Source: Actinomycetota bacterium (GTDB lineage: Bacteria; Actinomycetota; CADDZG01; WHSQ01). From it: a DNA stretch of 39,001 nucleotides. A program made the translations under genes and the position numbers. Below are positions 29,367-38,180 of this stretch, in pieces. How positions within the stretch are numbered: position 1 is the stretch's first letter; each line of letters opens with the position of its first letter. Below the pieces are notes generated by a model. The model searched no databases, was not told the DNA's origin, and was given only the letters and a program-made list of their open reading frames with translations. The DNA lies in contig JBPCPZ010000128.1 of assembly GCA_050998655.1 (NCBI GenBank), forward strand, positions 1 through 39,001, read 5' to 3'.

Positions 29367-29951
29367 ATGGCCGTTATGACCAAGCCCGGCCTCCACGAAA
29401 TCGTCCTGATCCGTCACGGCGAGACCGAGTGGAGCGAGGCCAAGAAGCACACCTCCACCACCGATCTTCCGTTGACCGAGCGCGGCCGCGGGCGGGCAAG
29501 AACGCTTGCTCCCAAGCTCGAGGGTCTCGCGTTCGCCCTGGTTCTGGTCAGCCCGCTGCGCCGCGCGCGCGAGACCTGTGAGCTGGCCGGCTTTGCCGAT
29601 CGAGCCGAGGTCACCGACGACCTCTTCGAGTGGCGCTACGGCGACGACGAAGGGCTCACCACCGAGGAGATCCGGCAAGACCGTCCCGGGTGGACCGTCT
29701 GGCGCGACGGCCCCCAAGGCGGCAAGACCGCGGAGGAGGTGCGCGCCCGGGTGGACTCTCTCATCGAACAGGCGGCCAACGCCGCCGGTGACACCCTGCT
29801 ATTCGCCCACGGCCACATTCTGCGGGCGCTGGCGGCGCGCTGGATCGGGCTCGAGGTCTCGGGCGGTGCTCATCTAATCCTGCAGACGGCGACGGTGAGC
29901 CGGCTCGGTTTTGAGCGCGACACCAGGGCGATCCTCGCCTGGAACACTTAG
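29367..29951 (+). CDS. histidine phosphatase family protein (phosphoglycerate mutase-like)
   Basis: Catalytic LIRHGETEWS motif, SPLRRARET, and the distal His in FAHGHILR. Confidence 0.85.
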   Translation: MAVMTKPGLHEIVLIRHGETEWSEAKKHTSTTDLPLTERGRGRARTLAPKLEGLAFALVLVSPLRRARETCELAGFADRAEVTDDLFEWRYGDDEGLTTEEIRQDRPGWTVWRDGPQGGKTAEEVRARVDSLIEQAANAAGDTLLFAHGHILRALAARWIGLEVSGGAHLILQTATVSRLGFERDTRAILAWNT

Positions 29952-30028
29952 ACCGGTGCCGAGTGGTGGCTGGGTGATGGCCATATTGAGCATCTGGTGA
30001 CCACTCGACGCTAGGATCGATTGCCACG

Positions 30029-31570
30029 ATGACCGATCCCGGCCCCCGGCTTTCGAACCTCGCCGAGCTCTCCTTGCGCGCGAAGCAAGGGGGGGCCGAG
30101 AAATACCACTCGCGGCTCGCGGAGCAGAACAAGCTGTTCGTGCGCGAGAGGTTGGCGCTGCTGCTCGACTCGATGGACGGCTTCGCCGAAGACGGACTTC
30201 TGGTCAACGCCCTGAGCGGCGATCTTCCCGCCGATGGAGTCGTCACAGGAGTGGGTCGCATCGACGGTCGCCCGGTGGCGGTCATGGCGAACGACGCCAC
30301 GGTCAAGGCCGGCTCGTGGGGGGCCCGGACGGTCGAGAAGATCATTCGGATCATCGAGCTCGCCCGCAAGCACTCCCACCCGATCCTCTATCTCGTCGAT
30401 TCCGCCGGCGCCCGCATCACCGACCAGGTCGATCTCTTCCCGGGCCGGCGCGGGGCGGGAAAGATCTTCTACAACCAGGTCCAGGCATCCGGGCGCATCC
30501 CGCAGATCTGTTGTCTGTTCGGCCCTTCGGCCGCCGGCGGCGCTTATATCCCCGCGTTCTGCGACGTTGTGTTCATGGTCGAGCACAACGCATCGATGTA
30601 TCTGGGGTCGCCGCGCATGGCCGAGGAGGTCGTCGGCGAGAAGGTCACGCTCGAAGAGATGGGCGGGGCGCGTATGCACTGCGAGGTCTCCGGCTGCGGC
30701 GACCTGTTGCTGTCGGACGACAAAGCGGCGATCGAAGCGGCGCGCGCCTACCTCTCCTACTTCCCGCAGTCCTTCGAGATGGCGGCGCCGAGCTTTCAGG
30801 CCCGGCCCCCTGCCTTTAGCGGCTCGCTTGCGGGGATTGTGCCCGACGACGAGAGCCGAGCCTTCGACATGTTCGAGCTCATCGCGGGCATCGTTGACGA
30901 GGAGTCTTTGTTCGAGATCAAACCGGGCTTTGCGCCGGAGCTCATTACCGGGCTGGCTCGCATCGAGGGCCGCCTCGTGGGCATCGTCGCAAACCAACCG
31001 CAGCAGAAGGGGGGCGTGCTCTTCATCGACTCGGCCGATAAGGCCGCGCGTTTCATCTGGCTGTGCGACGCGTTCAACCTCCCGCTGCTGTTCCTCGCCG
31101 ATGTGCCCGGGTTCATGATCGGCACCGATGTCGAGCGCGGGGGGATCATCAGGCACGGGGCGAAGATGATCACTGCGGTCTCGCAGGCCACCACACCGAA
31201 GCTCTGTGTGGTCGTGAGAAAAGCCTATGGAGCAGGCCTCTACGCCATGGCGGGCCCGGGTTTCGAGCCCGAAGCGACCATCGCACTCCCGACCGCCCGC
31301 ATCGCGGTTATGGGGCCCGAGCCGGCCGTCAGCGCGGTCTACTACAACAAGATTCACGCCATAGAAGATCCTGACGAGCGCGCCGCCTTCGTGGCGAGCA
31401 AACGCGCCGAGTACGAGTCGGACATCGACCTCGTGCGCCTCGCCTCGGACAACGTGATCGATGCGGTGGTCCAGCCCGACGAGTTGAGAGCGGAGATCTC
31501 CCGCCGGCTCGGCGCAGCTCAAATAGAGACGGGGCGCGCCCGCGGTCTGCGAGGCGTTCCGCCCGTATGA
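30029..31570 (+). CDS. liuB: acyl-CoA carboxylase carboxyltransferase (beta) subunit, methylcrotonyl-CoA carboxylase-like
   Basis: Collinear with MCC/PCC beta subunits: LFVRERLALLLD, VMANDATVKAGSWG, GPSAAGGAYIP, ANQPQQKGGVL and RKAYGAGLYAM. The liuB symbol is inferred only from the beta-hydratase-alpha gene order. Confidence 0.88.
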   Translation: MTDPGPRLSNLAELSLRAKQGGAEKYHSRLAEQNKLFVRERLALLLDSMDGFAEDGLLVNALSGDLPADGVVTGVGRIDGRPVAVMANDATVKAGSWGARTVEKIIRIIELARKHSHPILYLVDSAGARITDQVDLFPGRRGAGKIFYNQVQASGRIPQICCLFGPSAAGGAYIPAFCDVVFMVEHNASMYLGSPRMAEEVVGEKVTLEEMGGARMHCEVSGCGDLLLSDDKAAIEAARAYLSYFPQSFEMAAPSFQARPPAFSGSLAGIVPDDESRAFDMFELIAGIVDEESLFEIKPGFAPELITGLARIEGRLVGIVANQPQQKGGVLFIDSADKAARFIWLCDAFNLPLLFLADVPGFMIGTDVERGGIIRHGAKMITAVSQATTPKLCVVVRKAYGAGLYAMAGPGFEPEATIALPTARIAVMGPEPAVSAVYYNKIHAIEDPDERAAFVASKRAEYESDIDLVRLASDNVIDAVVQPDELRAEISRRLGAAQIETGRARGLRGVPPV

Positions 31571-32343
31571 GCCTGGTCTCGCTGCAAGTGGAGGACGACA
31601 TCGGCGTCGTGACTCTCGACCGTCCCGAGGCCCTGAATGCGATCTCGTCGGGAGTAGCCGAGTCCCTGCGCGAGGTTCTCAGAGAGGTCGGATCGCGCCC
31701 CGACATCCTTGTTGCCGTGCTCACCGGGGCGGGCAACAAAGCCTTCTGTGTGGGGGCCGACTTGAAGGAACGCGGCAGCTTCGAGATCGATGACTGGTAC
31801 TCGAACAGGCGCCAGATCTCGGGCATGTTCCAGGCCCTCAGAGAGCTCCCCCAGCCGAGCATCGCGGCGGTCTTCGGCTGGACGCTCGGAGGAGGTTTCG
31901 AGCTTGCCTTGTCGTGCGATCTCATGGTCGCCGCCGAGGGGTGCCGCATGGGGCTCCCGGAGGCAGGCGTGGGCTTGCTTCCGGCCGGCGGGGGAACGCT
32001 GTTGCTCGCCCGCATGGTGGGGGTTCGCCGCGCCAAGGAGATCGTCTACACCCGCCGCTTCCTCGAGGCCTCGGAGGCCCAGGACATGGGGCTCGCCACC
32101 CGCATCGCGCCGGCGACCGAGCTTCGGACCGCCGCCCTCGAGCTCGCCGCGGAGATATGTGGCTCCTCGCCGGTGGTGGTTCGGGAGGCGAAGCGCCTGA
32201 TCGAGGCGTCGGGGAGCGAACCGCTCGCCCGTGCTCTGGAGCTCGAGAACGAGGCCTGGGCCCGGGTAATCGTCACCGAGGACCGCGCCGAAGGCATCGC
32301 CGCCTTCAACGACAAGCGCAGCCCTCGCTGGCGCAACCGCTGA
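31567..32343 (+). CDS. liuC: enoyl-CoA hydratase/isomerase (crotonase) family, possible methylglutaconyl-CoA hydratase
   Basis: Crotonase signature AFCVGADLKER...AAVFGWTLGGGFELALSCD...GLPEAGVGLLPAGGGT. ATGA overlap with the upstream gene. Confidence 0.85.
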   Translation: MSLVSLQVEDDIGVVTLDRPEALNAISSGVAESLREVLREVGSRPDILVAVLTGAGNKAFCVGADLKERGSFEIDDWYSNRRQISGMFQALRELPQPSIAAVFGWTLGGGFELALSCDLMVAAEGCRMGLPEAGVGLLPAGGGTLLLARMVGVRRAKEIVYTRRFLEASEAQDMGLATRIAPATELRTAALELAAEICGSSPVVVREAKRLIEASGSEPLARALELENEAWARVIVTEDRAEGIAAFNDKRSPRWRNR

Positions 32344-32351
32344 CCGCACTG

Positions 32352-34070
32352 ATGTTCGAGCGTGTGCTGATCGCCAACCGGGGGGAGATCGCGGTTCGGA
32401 TCGCCCGCACCTGCCGTGAGCTCGGCGTGACACCGGTGGGCGTCTACTCGGACCTCGACCGGCGCTCCCTCCACGTCTCAGAGATGAACGACTCGGTCCG
32501 CCTCGAAGGCGGCGCTCCTGCCGACACCTACCTCAACTCGGACGCTCTCACCGCTGCGGCGCACGAGTTGGGGGCCGAGGCCATCCATCCCGGCTACGGC
32601 TTCTTGTCCGAGGATGCCTCGTTCGCCGAGGCGGTTGCGGCGGCGGGAATCACTTTCATCGGTCCTCCCGTGGAGGCGCTGCGGGCTTCGGGGGACAAGC
32701 TCAGGGCGCGGCAGCTGGCCGACGCTGCGGGGGTCCCGACGGTGCCCGGGAGCAACGAGCCTTGCCCCCACCACGCCGCCGCCGCGGAGCTCGCGGAGAG
32801 AGTGGGGCTGCCCGTGGCGATCAAAGCGGCAGGAGGGGGCGGGGGCCGGGGCCTCAAGGTGGCCCACTCGCTGGAAGAGGTGCCCGGCGCCTTCGATCAG
32901 GCCCGGAGAGAGGCTCAGGCCTACTTCTCCTCGTCGGAGGTCTACGTCGAACGCTTCCTCCCGGCCCCTAAGCACCTCGAGGTCCAGATTCTCGCACCCA
33001 CGCTCGGTGAGGCGCGCTGGCTGGGTGTGCGGGACTGTTCGCTGCAGAGGCGCAATCAGAAGCTTGTCGAGGAAACCCCTCCGCCGAGATTTCGGCACCT
33101 GGAGCCCGAGATGGGGGCCGCGGCGCTGAGCTTCGCCCGAGCCTGCGGCTATGTCGGAGTGGGAACGGTCGAGATGCTGGTTGATCCTGCGACCGAGTCC
33201 TTCTACTTCCTCGAGATGAACGCCCGGCTCCAGGTCGAGCACACCGTGACCGAAGAGTTCTTCGGGGTAGACCTCGTCGCCTGTCAGTTGCTGATCGCGG
33301 CGGGAGAGTGGCGAGAATCGTGTCTGGACAACCTGCAGCCTCGGGGCCACGCGATCGAGTGCCGCGTCAACGCGGAGGATCCCGCCCTCGGCTTCGCCCC
33401 GGCGCCCGGACGCATCACCGCTTATCGGGAGCCTGCGGGGCTGGGAGTCAGGGTCGACTCCGGTTACCGGGCCGGCGACGAGATTCCGGGTGCTTACGAT
33501 TCGCTCGTCGCCAAGCTCGTCACCTGGGGCTCCGACCGGGAACAGGCTGTGCGCCGCATGCACAGGGCGCTGGATGATTTCGCGATCGAAGGCGTACCCA
33601 TGACGATCTCGGCTCATCGACTGCTGCTATCGGACGAGAGCTTCCTCGCCGGCTCTCACACCACCGCAACGGTGGCAGAGCTCTTCGCTCGCTTCGAGTC
33701 CGCTTCGGCCCCGAGAGTGGAAACCGCGGGCGTGGTGGTCGTGGGCGGGCGGCCCGCCCGTCTCTGGCACCCGGCCATGGCGGCCGCGGCCACGCAAGCC
33801 ACCGGCTCGCCGGGCGGAGGTGCCGTGGTGGCGCCGATGCAGGCGGTCGTGCTCGAGGTGCTGGTGGCGGAGGGCGACAGGGTCTCGGCGGGGGCCGCCC
33901 TGGTGAGGCTCGAGGCCATGAAGATGGAAACGGTGGTGTGCGCTCCCCGAGAGGCTGAGGTCACGCGCGTGGCCGTGGCTGCGGGAGAGACGGTGTCGGC
34001 GGGCGGCGTGGTGGCCGAACTGAGCGATCCGCGGGAGGAGCGCGCGGATAGCGCGAGCGAGTCGCTGTGA
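32352..34070 (+). CDS. liuD: acyl-CoA carboxylase alpha subunit (biotin carboxylase + BCCP), intact paralog
   Basis: [16 protein letters not shown]-grasp blocks, CSLQRRNQKLVEETPPP, FLEMNARLQVEHTVTE and C-terminal biotinyl motif LEAMKME. The tracked ORF from 31914 is a run-on. The ATG at 32352 is just after the hydratase stop. Confidence 0.9.
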   Translation: MFERVLIANRGEIAVRIARTCRELGVTPVGVYSDLDRRSLHVSEMNDSVRLEGGAPADTYLNSDALTAAAHELGAEAIHPGYGFLSEDASFAEAVAAAGITFIGPPVEALRASGDKLRARQLADAAGVPTVPGSNEPCPHHAAAAELAERVGLPVAIKAAGGGGGRGLKVAHSLEEVPGAFDQARREAQAYFSSSEVYVERFLPAPKHLEVQILAPTLGEARWLGVRDCSLQRRNQKLVEETPPPRFRHLEPEMGAAALSFARACGYVGVGTVEMLVDPATESFYFLEMNARLQVEHTVTEEFFGVDLVACQLLIAAGEWRESCLDNLQPRGHAIECRVNAEDPALGFAPAPGRITAYREPAGLGVRVDSGYRAGDEIPGAYDSLVAKLVTWGSDREQAVRRMHRALDDFAIEGVPMTISAHRLLLSDESFLAGSHTTATVAELFARFESASAPRVETAGVVVVGGRPARLWHPAMAAAATQATGSPGGGAVVAPMQAVVLEVLVAEGDRVSAGAALVRLEAMKMETVVCAPREAEVTRVAVAAGETVSAGGVVAELSDPREERADSASESL

Positions 34071-36022
34071 GCGGCCCGGACTTGATCCGTGTCCTAGCTC
34101 TGGCGGTTGTGGTGGTTGCCCTGGGGTGGGTGTGCTGCGAAGGGTTGCTCCGAGCGATTTTTCGAGGTGACCGCCCCGACGAGATCGGGCTGCCCGAGAG
34201 CGCTCTCGGGGCGATCGGGAGCTTCGTCGCCCTGGCTGTACTCCTCATGATCTTGAATCTCGTCACCGGCGGCGCTGTGTTCGGGGTCGCGCTGCTGGTG
34301 CCGGCTGTGGGCGCCGGCGTCCTCGCCTACGGACTGCGGACGCGGGCATGGCCGAGGGGAATTCCGTGGCTCCGGCTGGGCCTGTTCGCGGCCGTTCTCA
34401 CGCTCGCGTTCATCGTCCCGGTCCTGCGTGGCGGCACCGGTGCCCGCACCGGGGACACGCCCTGGCACCTGGGCTGGACCGAGCAGCTCCTCGGCGGGCA
34501 GGCGATTCCCACGGGCCCGGCCCCCGAGGCCCGTAATGCCTATCCGTGGGGCTGGCATGCGGTCCTGGCTACCACCGCTCGCCTTGTCCCAGGCTCAGAC
34601 GCCCTGGATGCTCACGACGCCTGGCATCTCTTGCTCGTGTTCACCCTGCCAATGGGGGCCGGCTGCATCGCCCGCCGGGTGCGCCTGGACGCGGGCTGGG
34701 GGGCCGCGGCGGCCCTTGCTCTCGTCGGAGGATTCGGCTGGGTCGCAACCCGTGAGCCCTACCTCTCCACGGTTCCGGGACAGGCCCGCCACGGCGCCGA
34801 CCTCACCGTGGCATCTCCCAACGGCGCCTATGCGCTCCTGCCCCCGGCCCTCCCGCGCGAGTTGGCCCTCGCGCTGCTCGCCCTGACCGGAACACTGCTG
34901 ATGACCGCCGTGCGGCGACCGGCCATCGGCGCGAGGATCGGGGCCGGAGCGGCATTGGGCCTGACCGGTCTCATCAGCGTCCCCTTGTTTCTCAGTGGCG
35001 CCGCGTGGGCCGCCGTTTGCGCCCTGCGCGCCCCCCGCCGGCTGCGTTTCGCAGTCTCAGTTCTGGTGACTGCACTTCTGGTCCTCAGCATGTGGGCGGC
35101 GCCGGTGGCTGCCGACTTCCTCCGCTACGGGGGCTTCCTCCCCATCACGCCCACGCTAGGAGTCGAGTGGGCGCTGGGAACAGCGCTCGGATCCTGGGGG
35201 CTGCTGTTGCCGCTCGCCGCCGCCGGGCTGTGGCTGTCGAGAGGTCCCCGGGTCCTCGTGCCGTGGCTGTGCGCCGCCACCGGAGTCCTGCTGGTGGGGG
35301 CCGTGCTGAGAGACGTGCTGGGGCTAACGCTCGCCGGCAACTCCACGCTGCTACATCAGGGCCGCGTGTGGCCGGTTGCCCACCTCCTGGCGGCAGCCCT
35401 GGCGGGGGTGGCGTTGGCCGAGCTTGCGACGCGGTTGTCATCTCGCTCCCGTGCGGCCGCCCTGTCGGTCTGTGCCCTCGTGGTGGGGGTGGGCTCGTTC
35501 TCGGTGTGGCTCGCCTCCGCGCGCATGACCGAGTTGCTCGAGGGCAATCTCCAGGGCTTCACCTACGACCGTCCAGACCTTGCGCCCGAGGGTTTCGCCC
35601 GCGGGGCCGCAGCCCGTCTGACCCCAAGCGACGTGGTCAGGGTCCGAGGCGATGGTGGCGACCGTCTCGCTTTTCTTCTCTGGCAGCTTTCAGGCGCGAG
35701 GCTGGCCGGGTATGACGATCCCGAGCGCACTTCCAACGATCTGCGCATCCGGTACGCCGAGCTCGCGGCTCGCTGGGACAGGCGCAACCGAGCAGGGGGC
35801 TTTCGGCCCACCGTAGTCATCCGTCAGGTGGACCCCCCGGCCGGCGAGTACGGCAACCTGCATTGGTCGGTGCGGCGACTCCCGAATAGCGTTGGGGAAA
35901 GGATTTCGGGCCTCGGTTCTAGGCCATTCGGGGTCCTCAACACTGAACCACAAGCTGCCCTGGATCCATGCCACAACTTCACTCGATCGGGGAGGGCTCA
36001 ATTGGAGTTTCCCCGGCGCTAG
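34067..36022 (+). CDS. large polytopic integral membrane protein (possibly a GT-C-like glycosyltransferase; function unknown)
   Basis: 651 aa with more than 10 hydrophobic helices and a soluble C-terminal region of about 150 aa. GTGA overlap with the liuD-like stop. The last roughly 45 codons lie in lower-GC DNA. The GT-C idea is only a guess from size and topology. Confidence 0.7.
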   Translation: MSGPDLIRVLALAVVVVALGWVCCEGLLRAIFRGDRPDEIGLPESALGAIGSFVALAVLLMILNLVTGGAVFGVALLVPAVGAGVLAYGLRTRAWPRGIPWLRLGLFAAVLTLAFIVPVLRGGTGARTGDTPWHLGWTEQLLGGQAIPTGPAPEARNAYPWGWHAVLATTARLVPGSDALDAHDAWHLLLVFTLPMGAGCIARRVRLDAGWGAAAALALVGGFGWVATREPYLSTVPGQARHGADLTVASPNGAYALLPPALPRELALALLALTGTLLMTAVRRPAIGARIGAGAALGLTGLISVPLFLSGAAWAAVCALRAPRRLRFAVSVLVTALLVLSMWAAPVAADFLRYGGFLPITPTLGVEWALGTALGSWGLLLPLAAAGLWLSRGPRVLVPWLCAATGVLLVGAVLRDVLGLTLAGNSTLLHQGRVWPVAHLLAAALAGVALAELATRLSSRSRAAALSVCALVVGVGSFSVWLASARMTELLEGNLQGFTYDRPDLAPEGFARGAAARLTPSDVVRVRGDGGDRLAFLLWQLSGARLAGYDDPERTSNDLRIRYAELAARWDRRNRAGGFRPTVVIRQVDPPAGEYGNLHWSVRRLPNSVGERISGLGSRPFGVLNTEPQAALDPCHNFTRSGRAQLEFPRR

Positions 36023-36114
36023 TGGCCCCCTCGAGCATTGACGGGCTGGCATGCAACCTGATGGTTGGACAGTGAACCCGGGGAGTCGAGAGGCCCACGC
36101 CGGGTTATGAAAGA

Positions 36115-36139
36115 GCCGGGGGGTGAGGTTCCCCCCGGC
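36115..36139. terminator. strong GC hairpin downstream of the membrane-protein gene
   Basis: gccgggggg (36115-36123) / ccccccggc (36131-36139), a 9-bp stem with a 7-nt loop. It is preceded by a second hairpin aacccgg (36075-36081) / ccgggtt (36100-36106). No U-tract. Confidence 0.3.
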
Positions 36140-36700
36140 TACTCGCCTCTTCGAGAAGGAGGGCGAAGGACGATAGAAAATGTTCAGTTTCATCAAGGCG
36201 AGGGAGCCAATTTCCCGATCAAGGTGATGTGCGATGTTCTCGGGGTCTCCGAGGCCCGGGTTCTACGCGTACAAGTCGCGTCCGCCTCGTCCTCTGAGAG
36301 GCCCGCACGATGGTCCAATATTCGACAAGATTCGCAACATCCACACCGACAGCCGCGAGGTCCACTGGAGCTTCCCGGAACCCTTCGAGCTCAAGGACGA
36401 GAACGGCATCCAGTGTGGGCACAAAGCGCGTCGCCCGGCTTCCGGCCAGGTGCCGGCATCCGGAGCTGGTACAAGCAGAGGCCATTGGATGACCAAGAAA
36501 GAGTGCAATGTGGCCGACTTCCGATCTGCTCGAGCGCGACTTCACGGCAGATGCACCAGACAAGCGCTGGTCGCCGGCATCACTTACGGGAGGACGTGGC
36601 AGGGACCCTTGTACCTAGCGATCGTGCTCGATCTTGCGGCGGTAGTAGCGGCGGCTCGTGTCGTAAGAGTCTGACGATACCTTGAACTAACTCCCCCTTT
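36140..36700 (+). mobile_element. decayed, truncated IS3-family transposase (end of orfA plus N-terminal part of orfB) with multiple frameshifts
   Basis: IS3-type blocks are spread over all three + frames: ATRLFEKEG (orfA end), FPIKVMCDVLGVS, GFYAYKSRPP...IFDKIRNIHTDSRE, KRVARL, DLLERDFTADAPDKRW (36523-36570, frame 1), then VAGITYGRTWQGPLYLAIVLDL (frame 0). The DDE catalytic core is absent and no terminal inverted repeats were identified. Confidence 0.7.
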
Positions 36701-36932
36701 TTCGTGCCGTATTCGTTTCACTGGGAGTCCCGCGCTGCAGGCGTACGTCGCTCCGTCTCAGAGCGATTTGAGCTGAGGAGGAGGCAACGTAGTGTGTGGT
36801 CGGTGGAAGGCCGTCCAAAAACCACGACGGCCAGGGGACTCAGGCTCGTCATAAATTCTTCGTCAGGTCACGCGTATGTGTGCTGCTCGTATTCTCGAAA
36901 GCACTCAATTTTGTTGGATAGTGACCTCTTGC

Positions 36933-37448
36933 CTACGGCTGCGGGCAGTTGGCGTTGTTGTCCGATATATCATCGCCGGCATCAAGAATGACTTCGAACT
37001 CGCCATCGCCGTCTGGATAATTGTACCAAGTATCAAGCCCGTCCCCGTCATCAAGTCGTACCGAATCTACGCCCGGTCCGTCGCAACCATGGTCGTGATC
37101 AGTCGTCCCTCCGAGGTCCCTGACGTTGTCGTCCCCACTATTGCCGTTGATGCGGTCATCACCTTCGCTTCCGTGTACCGCGTCCGCACCCTCACTTCCG
37201 TTTGCGTAATCGTCTCCGTAATCCATGTTCAGATCATCGAAGCCGCCGAATCCAGTGAAGGTGTCACCCATCGAGAGGCCGAACATGTTCTCGCCTGCAC
37301 TAGTTCCATTGCAAGTGTCCGACCCGCTTGTCCCCGTGATATCTGAGCCGGACCCGCCGTGGGTGCAGTCCTCGTGGCTTGCGCTCACAGGTACCGAGCC
37401 GAAGGCCAACAGTACAAGCGTTGCCACTACAGTTCCAATCGAGCGCAT
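36933..37448 (-). CDS. secreted calcium-binding protein with RTX-like (GGxGxD-type) nonapeptide repeats
   Basis: The ATG at 37448 is preceded by AGGAGGTG. Signal peptide MRSIGTVVATLVLLAFGSVPVSAS is followed by Gly/Asp-rich repeats GSEGADAVHGSEGDDRINGNSGDDNV. Four Cys. The tracked ORF extends upstream to 37556. Confidence 0.75.
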   Translation of the reverse strand: MRSIGTVVATLVLLAFGSVPVSASHEDCTHGGSGSDITGTSGSDTCNGTSAGENMFGLSMGDTFTGFGGFDDLNMDYGDDYANGSEGADAVHGSEGDDRINGNSGDDNVRDLGGTTDHDHGCDGPGVDSVRLDDGDGLDTWYNYPDGDGEFEVILDAGDDISDNNANCPQP

Positions 37449-37625
37449 CCTCTCAGCACCTCCTAAGCAAAACCGACCGCCACGGTCCGGAGAATCGAAG
37501 CCGTACTGTAACATTAGCTTGCGTAGCCGCGACTGTATGGTGGATTTCACCAGCAAATGAGTGTCCTCTGAGGTGAAAGCAATCCCACTAAACCAACCTG
37601 CGCTGCCAGGGACTGAGTAGGTGAG

Positions 37626-38180
37626 ATGCGAAGGAACCTGCCGACACTGACAAACCCGCCATATCCTCGAGGACAGGCCAAGGTGGCACAGAAAAAAGTA
37701 TGGAATCCTCGGTTCGAGGACTTCTACCGCGCCGAGTACGCTCGCGTGTTCCGCGCTGCCTATCTCTTTTCAGGTGATAGGGAGATGGCCTTTGACGCGA
37801 CGCAGGAGGCTTTCATGGATGCCTTCGCAAAGTGGAAATCCTTGAGCAAAGAGCCATGGGCTGCGGCATGGGTCATGACAGCAGCGATGAACCGATGCAG
37901 GCGAAGCTGGCGCCGGATTCGGAGGGAGATGCAGCTTTTCGCTGCCATGGAGCGTGTCGCTAGCACGACCCAGAGCATGGATACCGACCATGTCGATCTT
38001 CTCTCCGCTCTTCGACAGCTACCTCCAAGGCAACGTCAAGCAACCGTTCTATATTATGTGGCGGATCTACCGGTAGCGGTTGTCGCTGATCGACTGGGCG
38101 TTAGCGAAGGAACGATCAAGGCGCATCTTTCACAGGCAAGACATAAGCTGAGACTGGCGATGGGAGTGGAGTATGTCTGA
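37626..38180 (+). CDS. ECF-type RNA polymerase sigma factor
   Basis: Region 2 (FDATQEAFMDAF, WVMTAAMNRCR) and region 4 (RQRQATVLYYVADLPVAVVADRLGVSEGTIKAHLSQARHKL). The true start may be downstream (for example GTG 37683). Confidence 0.85.
   Translation: MRRNLPTLTNPPYPRGQAKVAQKKVWNPRFEDFYRAEYARVFRAAYLFSGDREMAFDATQEAFMDAFAKWKSLSKEPWAAAWVMTAAMNRCRRSWRRIRREMQLFAAMERVASTTQSMDTDHVDLLSALRQLPPRQRQATVLYYVADLPVAVVADRLGVSEGTIKAHLSQARHKLRLAMGVEYV

Noticed and set aside
29959-30007. Inverted repeat gagtggt / accactc upstream of the liuB-like gene as a possible repressor operator.
   Set aside because: The arms are only 7 bp with a 32-nt spacer, and no regulator gene is adjacent. The evidence is too weak for a feature call.
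36704-36991. 95-aa ORF on the + strand in the low-GC gap after the IS remnant.
   Set aside because: No RBS and no recognisable motif. It overlaps the 3' end of the well-supported minus-strand RTX-like gene, so it is probably non-coding spacer.
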